From assembly GCF_006345805.1 (NCBI RefSeq), contig NC_043004.1:7316001-7380000 (forward strand): a DNA stretch of 64,000 bases, read 5' to 3'. Numbering within the stretch: the first letter of the stretch is position 1; each line of letters begins with the position of its first letter. The position numbers and the translations under genes were made by a program. Shown here one piece after another: positions 1 through 11,658 of the stretch. The notes below the pieces were generated by a model. The model was not told the origin of the DNA. It did no database searches and saw only the letters and a program-made list of their open reading frames with translations. This stretch comes from Octopus sinensis. Its lineage: Eukaryota.

Positions 1-1754
1 GGATCTGGATGTTATTCCATTCGGACTTTCGGTTGAGATTAGGTTTGTATTCTTGTATACAAACAGCTTCTGTGACCTGTCTCAACATTGCATCGGTGGG
101 GTGTGTTGATAGGATGTTCAACTTAAGCTCCCCTAAGGATCCCTTGTGGCAGTCTACAGCATGTTGGTAGAAGATGGAGTTTGGCTTCCTTTCAATGTAG
201 TTGTCCAGGTGTTCTTTGAACCTATCATTGATGCTTCTAGAGGTCTCACCTATGTATGACTCTGGGTTAGTCGCGCAAGCTCCCTCCTGGCACTTAATCT
301 GGTATACAGTGCCCTTGGTTTTACAATTTACATGTGGATTTGTCGAACATACTGCACAATTACTTTGACAGGTGATTCTATCAAATGGATATGATCTGCA
401 TAATGCCGACTTGATAGTCCTACCTGTCTTTTCTACAACTTTAACTTTTAGGCCCGTAGTGCGCAGGACTTTCTTGAATGCCTTACTTAGCTCGTTCTTA
501 GGTGTGGCGTCAACGAACATCACTCCGTGAAATCTCCTGTTATCGTACCAAGTAACGTTTCTCATCTTTTTGTTGGTGTCCCTCTCTAACCTATTCCAGA
601 ACTTGTTGCGGTACAGGGGGCATATACCGTTTTCGTCGTTCCTTAGAATGCGTTCGAATCTAGCTTTCGCTCCTTTGTACACCCTGACTCTATCGTCTTG
701 TGTGTATCCGGAGCGTTGCATTCGGAATATGTAGTGCTGGATGTGTTGTTGTCGTTCTTGTGGTTGGCATAGTGGCGATACATTCCTCATTACTCTAACT
801 AAGTCTGCCACTAGGATGTTGAGTTTGGCAGTATCCGACATAGCTGAGTCACTACGGATTACTAGTGGATTAGCCATCGGTTTCTGATAGTGTGAGTGGA
901 GTATACATGGTTTAATGGTACCATTAACCATAGCATCTTCCATCCATAGCTCAGTATCTAGGACGGGTAATCGTTTACTGGGGTGTTTAGAGGGGTAGTC
1001 TATGGTAAGTTTTATACTGCTGTGGATAGAGTCAGCTATGTGTTGTATAGATGTCATCACCTGTTCTTCACTGGGTAGAGGGCCCATAACTGTGTCTGTA
1101 TTATATTTCACAACAAGGTTAATGTCGTCGACGTAACGAGAGTACATAGCCAAGTGGATGTTATGGTTTGCTAGGCACTGTTTAAAACGCTTGTCCCACC
1201 ATACCATGAAGAGGTTAGCAACGTCACCGGCGATCCCCACTCCAATAGCACCGCCTTTCGTATGCTTATACAGTTTGTGTCAATTTTAAAATATGTGTTT
1301 TTAGCGTAAATCTCAGGCTGACACCGATAGCATGTGCGATGGTGGTTCTAATATCGTGTGCACTTGAGGGTGGGTAGTCCGGCTTTGTCCATCCCTGCCA
1401 GCGCTCACAGTGAGTCTTCCTGTAAGCTGAGGTAATGGTAGGTGGTCTACCGCGTTTGTTACGGGTGGGACAAGCATGTAGAAGGTTATTGCGCGACAGG
1501 TATTCATTGGTACACGTCAGGGCCAGGAAGAGCCCTAGTTCATATACATCCACATTCTTAATATCATACCACTCTCACTAACTATTTCTATACATTTATC
1601 GACAGCAAAGTCTATATCGATGGAGGGGTATAGTGATACCACATCCATGCTACCCACGATGTGGTTCTTGAGGTCACACGTGTTGTTGCATTCGCGGATC
1701 CTGCTAAGGAGGAATGCAACAACACGTGTGACCTCAAGAACCACATCGTGGGTA
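1..1754 (-). mobile_element. Penelope-like retroelement (RT + GIY-YIG endonuclease), 5'-truncated, runs off the window start
   Basis: Manual translation of the minus strand is open from about 1270 to base 1. It contains YKHTKGGAIGVGIAGDVANLFM, YSRYVDDI, RLPVLD, a Cys-rich linker (TCQSNCAVC..NC) and GTVYQIKC..SYIGETSRSINDRFKEH. Upstream pieces carry VGSMDVVSLYPSID. There are two frameshifts, near 1280 and 1555. Confidence 0.95.
1651..1754. repeat. Perfect 43-bp inverted repeat with 18-nt loop at the PLE 5' truncation point
   Basis: 1651-1693 (tacccacgat...gttgcattc) is the exact reverse complement of 1712-1754. Confidence 0.95.
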
Positions 1755-2566
1755 AAGGAAAGACTTCTAAGTTCATATATCGATATACTGTGATTTTAAC
1801 AGAGGTGACTAAATGTTTTCATAAGAGCTACTGCACATAATATTTTTTTCTTTAAGTAAAGAGTCCAGCAAATACTTTCTAATTTATCTTTACAAATAAG
1901 AAAATATAACGCAACATAGTTTTTTTACCCACTAAAGTAGATTAACCATAGCACGCTGAACATTTATATTGAGTTTTATTTTTGTGGCAGCCCAAACAAG
2001 TTTGGGAGCCACTGCTTTACATCATTCGTAGCTGTCTCAGCAGGAAAGATGCACAATTTCTTCTATGCAAATAATGACCGACACACTAACTACAGCTGTT
2101 AATTTCCGACTTTGATAGAGACCACTGTTTCGTTAAATGAAAGAAAGAATATAGTGAAACGAATAGATTTTACAAAAAGCATGACATGTATTTTACAAAC
2201 CTTGGCTTGATGAAAGTCAAAGTCGAGCCGAGTTATAAATATAAACTTACAACATAAAGTGACAAAATTAGATAATCTAAGACACTCATTCATTTGATAT
2301 CTTCTACCACTCTCACAGACACGGCTAGTGTGAAATATTGACGCCAAGAACAATACTAGTCTCTCTAAATAGAAACATAATATTCTCTCTTATATTTGAG
2401 GTCTATCAGATTCTGAATAGAAACTCGTGTGTGTCTCAGTGTTTAAAAAGCTCGATTTGCAATCATGAATATTTATGCGGATGTATCATTGCGTTTTATC
2501 TCAGTTATTTCTTTTCTCCCTCACACTTCCTTTTTCATACGCACTCACTTATTCACTCACTCTTTC

Positions 2567-2614
<48 letters not shown>

Positions 2615-2739
2615 ACACACACACATGCGTATATGTATATTTATACGCATATACAAATATATACAGACACAAACAAGTAAAAACACATACATTATACACC
2701 GTTTTTATTTGTCGAACTCGAGGTAGATAAAGCTATAAA

Positions 2740-3400
2740 TAATAGCATATAAATATTGGATTAAAAAATCGTTTGAATAGAAAAATTCAAAGGCTGTCCG
2801 TTTGAATCGAATGGTCATCTTCTGAAAGCACGACTGGCGTTCTACTCTTGGACCAAAACAACCTTTAGAAATTCTCCATCCATTTTAGAACCTCATTTCT
2901 TATCAGCGAGATGGTATAAATATTCCCTACAAGACCGCCTATAATGGAGAGTGGATGGTTGGACATAGCGTTAATATATTTAAGGCTAAAATTTGGTTCG
3001 TGGAAAGGCTCGTAAAGACCAGTGTCAAGGCTAAGTGTGGCATCAAGGAAGTTAATTTTACGGCATTCACTTTCCATTGTTATGGTTAATCGTATATTCT
3101 TAAATAGTTTAAAAAGTTTCTCCTCAGCTCGTTCAAGTTTTATATTAATGCAACAGTTAAAAAAGAAAAGAACGTCGTCTCTATATAATCCTCCTCCGAT
3201 CTCAAGGAGGGGATTCTGGATCAGGGATAGGATGTAGACACGAATTATTACAACGATGTTTGCTAAGTATCTCTGATGATGCCTGGTAGCCATAAGTGGT
3301 GAAAGTGGTCCGCGGACACACGACCTGGGACTGACCCTGAAATAAGGTTTCGATACTGTGTTTAACACGTATTTTCATAACCTTAATTCTTTAACCTTAT
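2740..3400 (-). mobile_element. Penelope-like element RT fragment (degenerate)
   Basis: ORF 2865-3368 contains GGGLYRDD, KINFLDATL and YINAMSNHP, typical of the PLE RT C-terminal/thumb region. Ends are approximate. Confidence 0.8.
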
Positions 3401-3528
3401 ATATATATATATATATATATATAATACAAATAAGAAAATGGAGAAAAAATTTAGTTGGTTTATCAGCTTTAGGATATTAGAATGTTTACTTATTTATTTG
3501 TATACTTATTTATCTAACTTACTTGGTG

Positions 3529-3561
<33 letters not shown>

Positions 3562-3572
3562 AAACTATCCAG

Positions 3573-4145
3573 TCAGTTTCGACGTAAGAGGATCCGACAA
3601 CCTACACTTTTGTCAGTCATAATGCTTATGTCGAATATGACATTTGGGTCCTGCGATTTGCAAAGAAACCCGCAGATGTTGCAAGTATGAGGATTACGGG
3701 TTAGTGCAGGCAGTATATTTGCAGCCACTTTTCTCTTTTGCCTTGCACCCCTAAGCCTGTTAATGCTGGTTGAAAAAAAATCTCTTATACCGTTTTGGCA
3801 CGACAATCTCCATTTTGTTTGATCAAAGGTTGTTTGCGCAAAGACGTTGTGAGCTATATTGACACCTGACAGTTAGCCCTTATATCTGAGCCATGATCGA
3901 CCAGCATTCCTATACCCACTATCAAGGTAGTTGTACATGAGGACTTTGGGTATTCTTTCGTCACTCATTCTGATGACATAATCTACCTAACATAATTGCG
4001 ACTACATATGGAAGCTTTCGATTTCACCAATCCTACACTTGCAAGAAAGGTCGACACTGGACACTGTTTTTTGGTGAATAACCGCAGATTGTTCAGAGAT
4101 AGCTTTGTGGAAGACGTCTAGTTGGTTAATATGTCACGTATAGGG
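3573..4145 (-). mobile_element. RTE-like LINE 3' fragment (degenerate)
   Basis: Minus-strand translation gives VIRMSDERIPKVLMY..GYRNAGR..LRYK, then KWRLSCQNG and a terminal CNICGFLCKS motif, as in RTE-clade C-termini. Confidence 0.7.
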
Positions 4146-4333
4146 TGTCCATGATTCCGAAACACTCGTATGTATGTATGTATGTATGTATGTATGTATG
4201 TATGTATGTATGTATCAGTGCGAATGTGTATATGTGTGTGTTGTAAGGAACCTAACATAATTTCTGTAGCAATTTCCAAATTCTGTATAAGGCGACATGA
4301 ATGATACCCAATATATTTCATTTCTTTTCATAG

Positions 4334-4540
4334 ATCGTTGCAAAAATATTCCAGACAACACAGAGCTCGCTGTGCCTGGCAAATGTAGACAATACTTGAG
4401 ATGTTACAACGGAAAAACAAAAACAGAGTGTTGTCGGTGGGGTTATTCTTTTAAACCTGGGAGAGGATGTCAACGTGATTATCGCTGTAAAGAAAAGTGT
4501 GATTCACAATATCCAACGCCAAACCCATACAATCCCCAAG
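4334..4540 (+). CDS. Exon copy 1: chitin-binding (CBM14/peritrophin-A-like) 8-Cys domain, most divergent copy
   Basis: Acceptor ttttcatAG and donor GTatgt. 207 bp, phase 1-1, open frame DRCKNIPDNTELAVPGKCRQYLRCYNGKTKTECCRWGYSFKPGRGCQRDYRCKEKCDSQYPTPNPYNPQG. Confidence 0.85.
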
Positions 4541-4559
4541 GTATGTAACATCCTTATAA

Positions 4560-4607
<48 letters not shown>

Positions 4608-4859
4608 ACACACACACACACACACAAGCGCTTTTGATGCAGTAAAAATTAATAATTATATAAAAAAATCTGAATAAAAATTTAAATGACACAAACTTTT
4701 TGGAAGTTTTACATATTGTCCTAAGCGCTTACGCTGCTGATAGCTTTTCAAGCCAATGGTTTTTTTTGGGTAAACAGTTTAGAGGATTTTTTGTTTTTAG
4801 AAGAGTTGCAGACTATTTCCACTTTATTTTCGGATTTAGAATTTTTATAAAGTATTCTT

Positions 4860-5560
4860 CTTTTAATTTTCGAAGTTAGTAAATTTCTCTATTCTAACAA
4901 AAAAGGAAATTGTTTGAATTTTGCATTTGCTCAAATATCCAGATGTTCATTACATAGAACATTTCTAAGAGATGAATCTCTAATTTGCTGTTTAAGGATC
5001 CTAACCCGATATATCAGTTTTGATCCTGTTTGGCTGATATAATTTTCACTGTATTTTGGGCATGTGATGTAGCAAATGACAAATTTTGTTTTGAAGCTCA
5101 CATTCACATTCCTTCCCATTCTTGAATATTTTAGCTGTTCCTTATCCAATTATTTTGCAAGTCCCACAACAGCGATCTCCGCATTTTGATACCTTCACTG
5201 TCTCCTCTCCTAATGTAAGGCCTTTAAGTTTTGATGCTTGTCTTCAGCAATTGATAAATTGTAATTCTTTAATTATTTTCTTGAGATTTGATGATTGGTG
5301 TAGAATTGGAAGGTATAATGTGGCCAAATTCAAGATGTTATGTTTTTTAGGAGTAACCTCATTGAGAAGATTTCTCCGTAAGATAGAGATTGGAATACCT
5401 TCTGCTCTGGTTATGTCATGATTTACTAAGTTTTCCGAGTAATTTTTTCCTGAAAGAATATATTTAACCCTACCAGTTGTTTCTCTCGTCTATTCGTATC
5501 TTGACTATCGAAGACATTCGTCTTGCCATATTGAATGGGGCGCTTCTTTTAATACGAGAA
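4860..5560 (-). mobile_element. Penelope-like element linker/GIY-YIG fragment (degenerate)
   Basis: Minus strand reads VKVSKCGDRCCGTCKII, then FVICYITCPKYSENYISQTG..RILKQQIRD..CNEHLDI, a decayed GIY-YIG. Ends are approximate. Confidence 0.75.
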
Positions 5561-5675
5561 CAATGGCAAGATCTAAGAATCTAAGTATTAGTGTGTGTCG
5601 GTGTCCTTGCAGTGCATATCGATTGTAACGGTCTCATTTTTCCTAATCACTAGACACACATACGTACACACACAT

Positions 5676-5706
<31 letters not shown>

Positions 5707-6084
5707 AAAATACATATTTATACATGTAAATTTGTATTATTACATATATATACACACACACATATAGATATAGATATATATATACATATATATACATACA
5801 CTCATGTATATATATATATATATATATATATCAGGAAAATAGGACAAGGTAAAAAAGGCTAAAATAATTTTATCATGAAGAACATCTTAGTACCGGTTTC
5901 AGACTTTGCGACTTTTTCAGCTTAGAGTAAAGTATGAAAAACAATTAAATAGTGGAAAAATTAAATGAAATGTTTTTTAAAATATATCCATAGTTTTCAA
6001 AAAGGTTGGACATTTTCCTTTTTTCTGTCTCGCTGTCTTTTACTTTTGTGAAGGCTCGGTTGGAAGGTAGTAGTAGTATTAGTA

Positions 6085-6124
<40 letters not shown>

Positions 6125-6128
6125 GTAT

Positions 6129-6232
6129 GTGGCTGTGTGGTAAGAAGCTTCCTTCTCAACCATAGGCTTCCGGTTTTTGTCCCACTAGGTGACACCTTGG
6201 AAAGTGTCTTCTATTATAGCCTCGGGCCGACT
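6129..6232 (+). mobile_element. tRNA-derived SINE, 5' part
   Basis: gtggctgtgtggtaag head plus ccttggaaagtgtcttct core-like segment. Homologous to the full copy at 43259-43662. Confidence 0.75.
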
Positions 6233-6455
6233 CCAAAAATGTGTTTACAATCGTCCACACATTTCAAGACAAACAAAGAACGTCTATTTTTATTGGCATT
6301 TGAAGTTAGAAGAATTATTGATTTGTTAAGATCTTCCAAGTTTGAAAATCTTAACGAATCTCCTTCCAAGCCGGGACCAATGGAGTTTGCTGCTAGGCGT
6401 TTGTTTACCTTCATTCACTCCAAAAGTAATTTCACACACACACACACACACACAC

Positions 6456-6494
<39 letters not shown>

Positions 6495-7223
6495 ACACAC
6501 ATACACACAAGTATATGTATGTGTGTGTATGTGTGTGTATGTGTGCATGTGTGTGCGTTGTGTGTGTGTGGGTCTTCATGTTTTTTTTAATTTTTGAGTG
6601 TGTACGTGTGTACATATATATCTTTTATACAAGCAAATCTAATTGTCTTTTGGATATACACTTTTAAATATACTTCATTAATGACTTTCTTACTGGTAAT
6701 GACTTCCTAGAATATTATACAAATGTAATTCGTATTCCCAAATAAATTGCACTTCATTGAGAGTTCGATGAAGCTGTAGGATGTTATTCAGGCACTCAGC
6801 TATGAGTCTCTCTCTCTTTTACTCTTACTCTTTTACTCTTTACTCTTTTACTCTTTACTCTTTTACTCGTTTCAGTCATTTGACTGCGGCCATGCTGGAG
6901 CACCGTCTACTGCATCTTATAGAATAAACAGCTGTAATACAATGGCGTTCATAACATAGCAGTCGTTTTCCTGTGTCATTTATTTTTCTTGTTACCCCTC
7001 TATACTCATCTCACACTTTGTTTTGAAATATACGCGTATTGAGTTCTACACCAGGTTATTAGGCTCGCTATGTCTAAGCGAAAGATATGTATGCATGTAT
7101 GTATGCATGTATATATGTATGTATGCATGAGTGTATGTATGTATGTATATATGTATGCATGTATGCATGTATGTGTGTATGTCTATATGTACGTATGTAT
7201 GCATGTATGCATGTATGTATGCA

Positions 7224-7254
<31 letters not shown>

Positions 7255-7636
7255 TTGTCTGTCTGTCTGTATGTCTGTCTGTATGTAATAATATGAGAGG
7301 TTTTGGTATTCAGAAGGCCCAAAAGGAAGATAACACTATGTAAGTGCTACGGAAGGACATGTCTTCTAAATATTAGATATCCACATTATAATAATTGATA
7401 AATAATTTGGATATATAATTTCAGATTTAAATAAATTTTAACGATTATAGGGGTATCTATTTACTTCTGCCATGTCTGTGTATATCCACACACACACACA
7501 TGTATGGATGTAAGGGTGTAAATGTCTGCACCTCTGAGTGTTTGTATTTGTGTGAGTGAATATATGTGGTTTTGTAACAATTTCCAATCTATATAGTACA
7601 CCATGAATCATACCCAATTTATTTTACTCTTTATAG

Positions 7637-7843
7637 ATCGTTGCAGAAACATGCCAGAGGGATCAGAACTCCGCGTGCCTGGCAAATGTAGACAATACTT
7701 GAGATGTTACAACGGAAAAGCAGTAGAGAAATGCTGTCAGTGGGGTTATTCTTTTAAACCAGGAAGAGGATGTCGCCGTGATTATGACTGTAAAGAAAGG
7801 TGCGATTCAACACATCCAACACCAGACCCACACGGTCTCCAAG
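7637..7843 (+). CDS. Exon copy 2: CBM14-like 8-Cys domain
   Basis: ctttatAG / GTatgt boundaries, 207 bp, open: DRCRNMPEGSELRVPGKCRQYLRCYNGKAVEKCCQWGYSFKPGRGCRRDYDCKERCDSTHPTPDPHGLQG. Confidence 0.88.
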
Positions 7844-7858
7844 GTATGTAACATCCGC

Positions 7859-7901
<43 letters not shown>

Positions 7902-7902
7902 C

Positions 7903-7955
<53 letters not shown>

Positions 7956-7974
7956 ATTGTGTGTGTGTCCTCAA

Positions 7975-8118
7975 TACCTTGGCGCACCTGCCTACCAAAT
8001 CTACTAAGAAGGTTAGTCAGTCCGAGGGTATAGTAGAAGACACCTGTTAAGGCGCCACGCAGTGAGACTGAACCCGGAATCATGTGGTTGGGAAGCAAGC
8101 TTCTAACCACACAGCCAC
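7975..8118 (-). mobile_element. SINE 5' fragment carried in the tandem exon unit (also at about 9288-9431 and 10510-10657)
   Basis: Same SINE head abutting (CATA)n in three consecutive introns with near-identical sequence. Confidence 0.8.
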
Positions 8119-8486
8119 TACATACTACATACATACATACATACATACACACATACATACATACATACATACATACGTACGTACGTACGTACGTACATAC
8201 ATACATACATACATACATACATACATAATACATACGTACGTACGTACATACATACATACATACATACATACATACATACATACATACATACATACATACA
8301 TACATACATACATACGTATATACATACATAATACATACATAAAGCATACATACATAATACATAGATACATACACATACACATATATTTGAGTGTGTACGC
8401 GTGAGTGAAAATATGTGGTTTTGTAACAATTTCTAATTCTATATTGTACGACATGAATAATATCCAATTTATTTTATTTTGTATAG

Positions 8487-8695
8487 ATCGTTGCAGAAAC
8501 ATGCCAGAGGGATCAGAACTCCGCGTGCCTGGAAAATGTAGACAATACTTGAGATGTTACAACGGAAAAGCGGAGTAGAGAAATGCTGCCAGTGGGGTTA
8601 TTCTTTTAAACCAGGAAGAGGATGTCGTCGTGATTATGACTGCAAGGAAAAGTGCGATTCAACACATCCAACACCAGACCCACACGGTCTCCAAG
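8487..8695 (+). pseudogene. Exon copy 3 with +2 frameshift (209 bp): pseudo-exon or assembly error
   Basis: Splice sites intact. aaaagcggagtagag replaces the aaaagcagtagag of the other copies. Confidence 0.75.
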
Positions 8696-8710
8696 GTATG
8701 TAACATCCGC

Positions 8711-8793
<83 letters not shown>

Positions 8794-8974
8794 GTATATA
8801 TGTGTGTGTGTGTGTGTGAGTGTGTGTAATTGCTTCAACCATTTCCAGGTCAGCAGTTACATATCACTTCTGTAGATAAGGACGAGAACGACAATTCAAT
8901 CATGCATGTTGTGTAATTTATATTACGTAATAGCATCGGAGACATGTTTAATCAATTGTAGAAATATGGTAATA

Positions 8975-9270
8975 GTCTGTTGAACTTGCTGGATAAATTC
9001 AGATGTTCTTAAGATTTCAGAGAGTTTAAAATACATTTTATTCTTTATACAGTGATTCATTTCATCTTCAGTCTCGAACTCCTTACAAACTTTGCAGACA
9101 AAAGAACTGGCAACTTTTAAAAATGGAAATATTTCTAAATCGCAATCTCAGCCTTTATAACCACAATAACAGCATGCTTCATCATTTCTTGAGTAAGCTG
9201 AGGGTCTGACACTATTATTTTCTTAAACAAAGCTTATACAGAGTTAGCAACAAATGCAGCAATGACCGAA
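8975..9270 (-). mobile_element. Probable Tc1/mariner-type transposase N-terminal fragment in the tandem unit (second copy about 10195-10495)
   Basis: Minus ORF 10229-10453 reads KHAVIVVIKAE..LEIFPFLKVASSFVCKVCKE, resembling a transposase N-terminal HTH. No catalytic domain is present. Confidence 0.5.
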
Positions 9271-9700
9271 AAAAGGTCTGTCCTCAAATACCTTGCGCAC
9301 CCTGCCTACCAAATCTACTAAGAAGGTTAGGTCAGTCCGAGGTATAGTAGAAGAACCTGTCCAGGCGCCACGCAGTGAGACTGAACCCGGAATCATGTGG
9401 TTGGGAAGCAAGCTTCTAACCACACAGCCACTACATACATACATACATACATACATCATACATACATACATACGTACGTACATACATACATACATACATA
9501 CATACATACATACATACATACATACATACGTATATACATACATAATACATACATAAAGCATACATACATAACACATAGATACATACACATACACATATAT
9601 TTGAGTGTGTACGCATGAGTGAAACTATGTGGTTTTGTAACAATTTCTAATTCTATATTGTACGACATGAATAATATCCAATTTAATTTATTTTGTATAG

Positions 9701-9906
9701 ATCGTTGCAGAAACATGCCAGAGGGATCAGAACTCCGCGTGCCTGGCAAATGTAGACAATACTTGAGATGTTACAACGGAAAAGCAGTAGAGAAATGCTG
9801 CCAGTGGGGTTATTCTTTTAAACCAGGAAGAGGATGTCGTCGTGATTATGACTGCAAGGAAAAGTGCGATTCAACCATCCAACACCAGACCCACACGGTC
9901 TCCAAG
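9701..9906 (+). pseudogene. Exon copy 4 with -1 frameshift (206 bp): pseudo-exon or assembly error
   Basis: Splice sites intact. tcaaccatcc replaces tcaacacatcc, and all 8 Cys lie upstream of the shift. Confidence 0.75.
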
Positions 9907-9922
9907 GTATGTAACATCCGCG

Positions 9923-9978
<56 letters not shown>

Positions 9979-9989
9979 TATTATATATA

Positions 9990-10021
<32 letters not shown>

Positions 10022-10963
10022 GTGGTGTGTTTGTGTGAGTGTGTGTAATTGCTTCACCCATTTCCAGGTCAGCAGTTAACATATCACTTCTGTAGATAAG
10101 GACGTGAACGACAATTCAATCATGCATGTTGTGTAATTTATATTACGTAATAGCATCGGAGACATGTTTAATCAATTGTAGAAATATGGTAATAGTCTGT
10201 TGAACTTGCTGGATAAATTCAGATGTTCTTAAGATTTCAGAGAGTTTAAAATACATTTTATTCTTTTATACGAGTGATTCATTTCATCTTCAGTCTCGAA
10301 CTCCTTACAAACTTTGCAGACAAAAGAACTGGCAACTTTTAAAAATGGAAATATTTCTAAATCGCAATTCTCAGCCTTTATAACCACAATAACAGCATGC
10401 TTCATCATTTCTTGAGTAAGCTGAGGGTCTGAAACTATTATTTTCTTAAACAAAGCTTATACAGAGTTAGCAACAAATGCAGCAATGACCGAAAAAAGGT
10501 CTGTCCTCAAATACCTTGCGCACCCTGCCTACCAAATCTACTAAGAAGGTTAGGTCAGTCCGAGGGTATAGTAGAAGACACCTGTCCAAGGCGCCACGCA
10601 GTGAGACTGAACCCGGAATCATGTGGTTGGGAAGCAAGCTTCTAACCACACAGCCACTACATACATACATACATACATACATACATACATACATACATAC
10701 ATACATACATACATACATAAATACATACATACATACGTACGTACATACATACATACATACATACATACATAAATACATACATACATACATACGTATATAC
10801 ATACATAATACATACATAAAGCATACATACATAACATATAGATACATACACATACACATATATTTGAGTGTGTACGCGTGAGTGAAAATATGTGGTTTTG
10901 TAACAATTTCTAATTCTATATTGTACGACATGAATAATATCCAATTTAATTTATTTTGTATAG

Positions 10964-11170
10964 ATCGTTGCAGAAACATGCCAGAGGGATCAGAACTCCG
11001 CGTGCTTGGGAAATGTAGACAATACTTGAGATGTTACAACGGAAAAGCAGTAGAGAAATGCTGTCAGTGGGGTTATTCTTTTAAACCAGGAAGAGGATGT
11101 CGTCGTGATTATCACTGCAAGGAAAAGTGCGATTCAACACATCCAACACCAGACCCACATGGTCTCCAAG
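10964..11170 (+). CDS. Exon copy 5: CBM14-like 8-Cys domain
   Basis: AG/GT boundaries, 207 bp, open frame, with VLGKC and RDYHC variants. Confidence 0.85.
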
Positions 11171-11185
11171 GTATGTAACATCCGC

Positions 11186-11233
<48 letters not shown>

Positions 11234-11250
11234 TATATATAATATATAAT

Positions 11251-11283
<33 letters not shown>

Positions 11284-11286
11284 TAT

Positions 11287-11373
11287 AACCAGGAAGAGGA
11301 TGTCGTCGTGATTATCACTGTAAAGAAAAGTGCGATTCACCACATCCAATGCCAGATCCACACGATCCCAGAG
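11287..11373 (+). pseudogene. 5'-truncated exon copy fused to (TA)n
   Basis: aaccaggaagagga... encodes PGRGCRRDYHCKEKCDSPHPMPDPHDPRG and ends at the donor GTgagt. The 5' part is replaced by microsatellite. Confidence 0.8.
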
Positions 11374-11624
11374 GTGAGTAATATCCACGTGTATATATAC
11401 ATGATAGGTCGTTAGCTACTACACAATGTTTTTTCTCTCCTTGTTTCTCTCCTTGTTTCTTTCTGTGTTCATTTCTGTGGAAGAGCATAGGCTCGAAACG
11501 TAAAAGACCTTTTCTATTCCTGGGCGTTATACTAATACATTTGTTTGTTTTGTACACCACCTGTCTTCGTCCTTTGTTTTTTTCGTAAACTCACCTTATA
11601 TATATATATATTATTATATATTAT

Positions 11625-11658
<34 letters not shown>

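Noticed and set aside
7314-7339. Possible micro-exon (cag|...|gtaagt) between copies 1 and 2
   Set aside because: It is 26 bp, which would shift the frame. The pyrimidine tract is weak and it is not repeated in other units.
7603-7851. Each exon copy reads as a stand-alone ORF of about 82 aa (MNHTQFILLFIDRC...QGM-stop), suggesting a small-peptide gene cluster
   Set aside because: The N-terminal FILLFI is the translated pyrimidine tract before AG, and GM-stop is the donor GTATGTAA. There is no convincing signal peptide, and exact 207-bp AG/GT phase symmetry favours internal exons.
7637-11373. Regularly spaced repeats as a CRISPR-like array
   Set aside because: The context is eukaryotic, the repeats are 207-bp coding exons with splice sites, the spacers are homologous to each other, and no cas genes are present.
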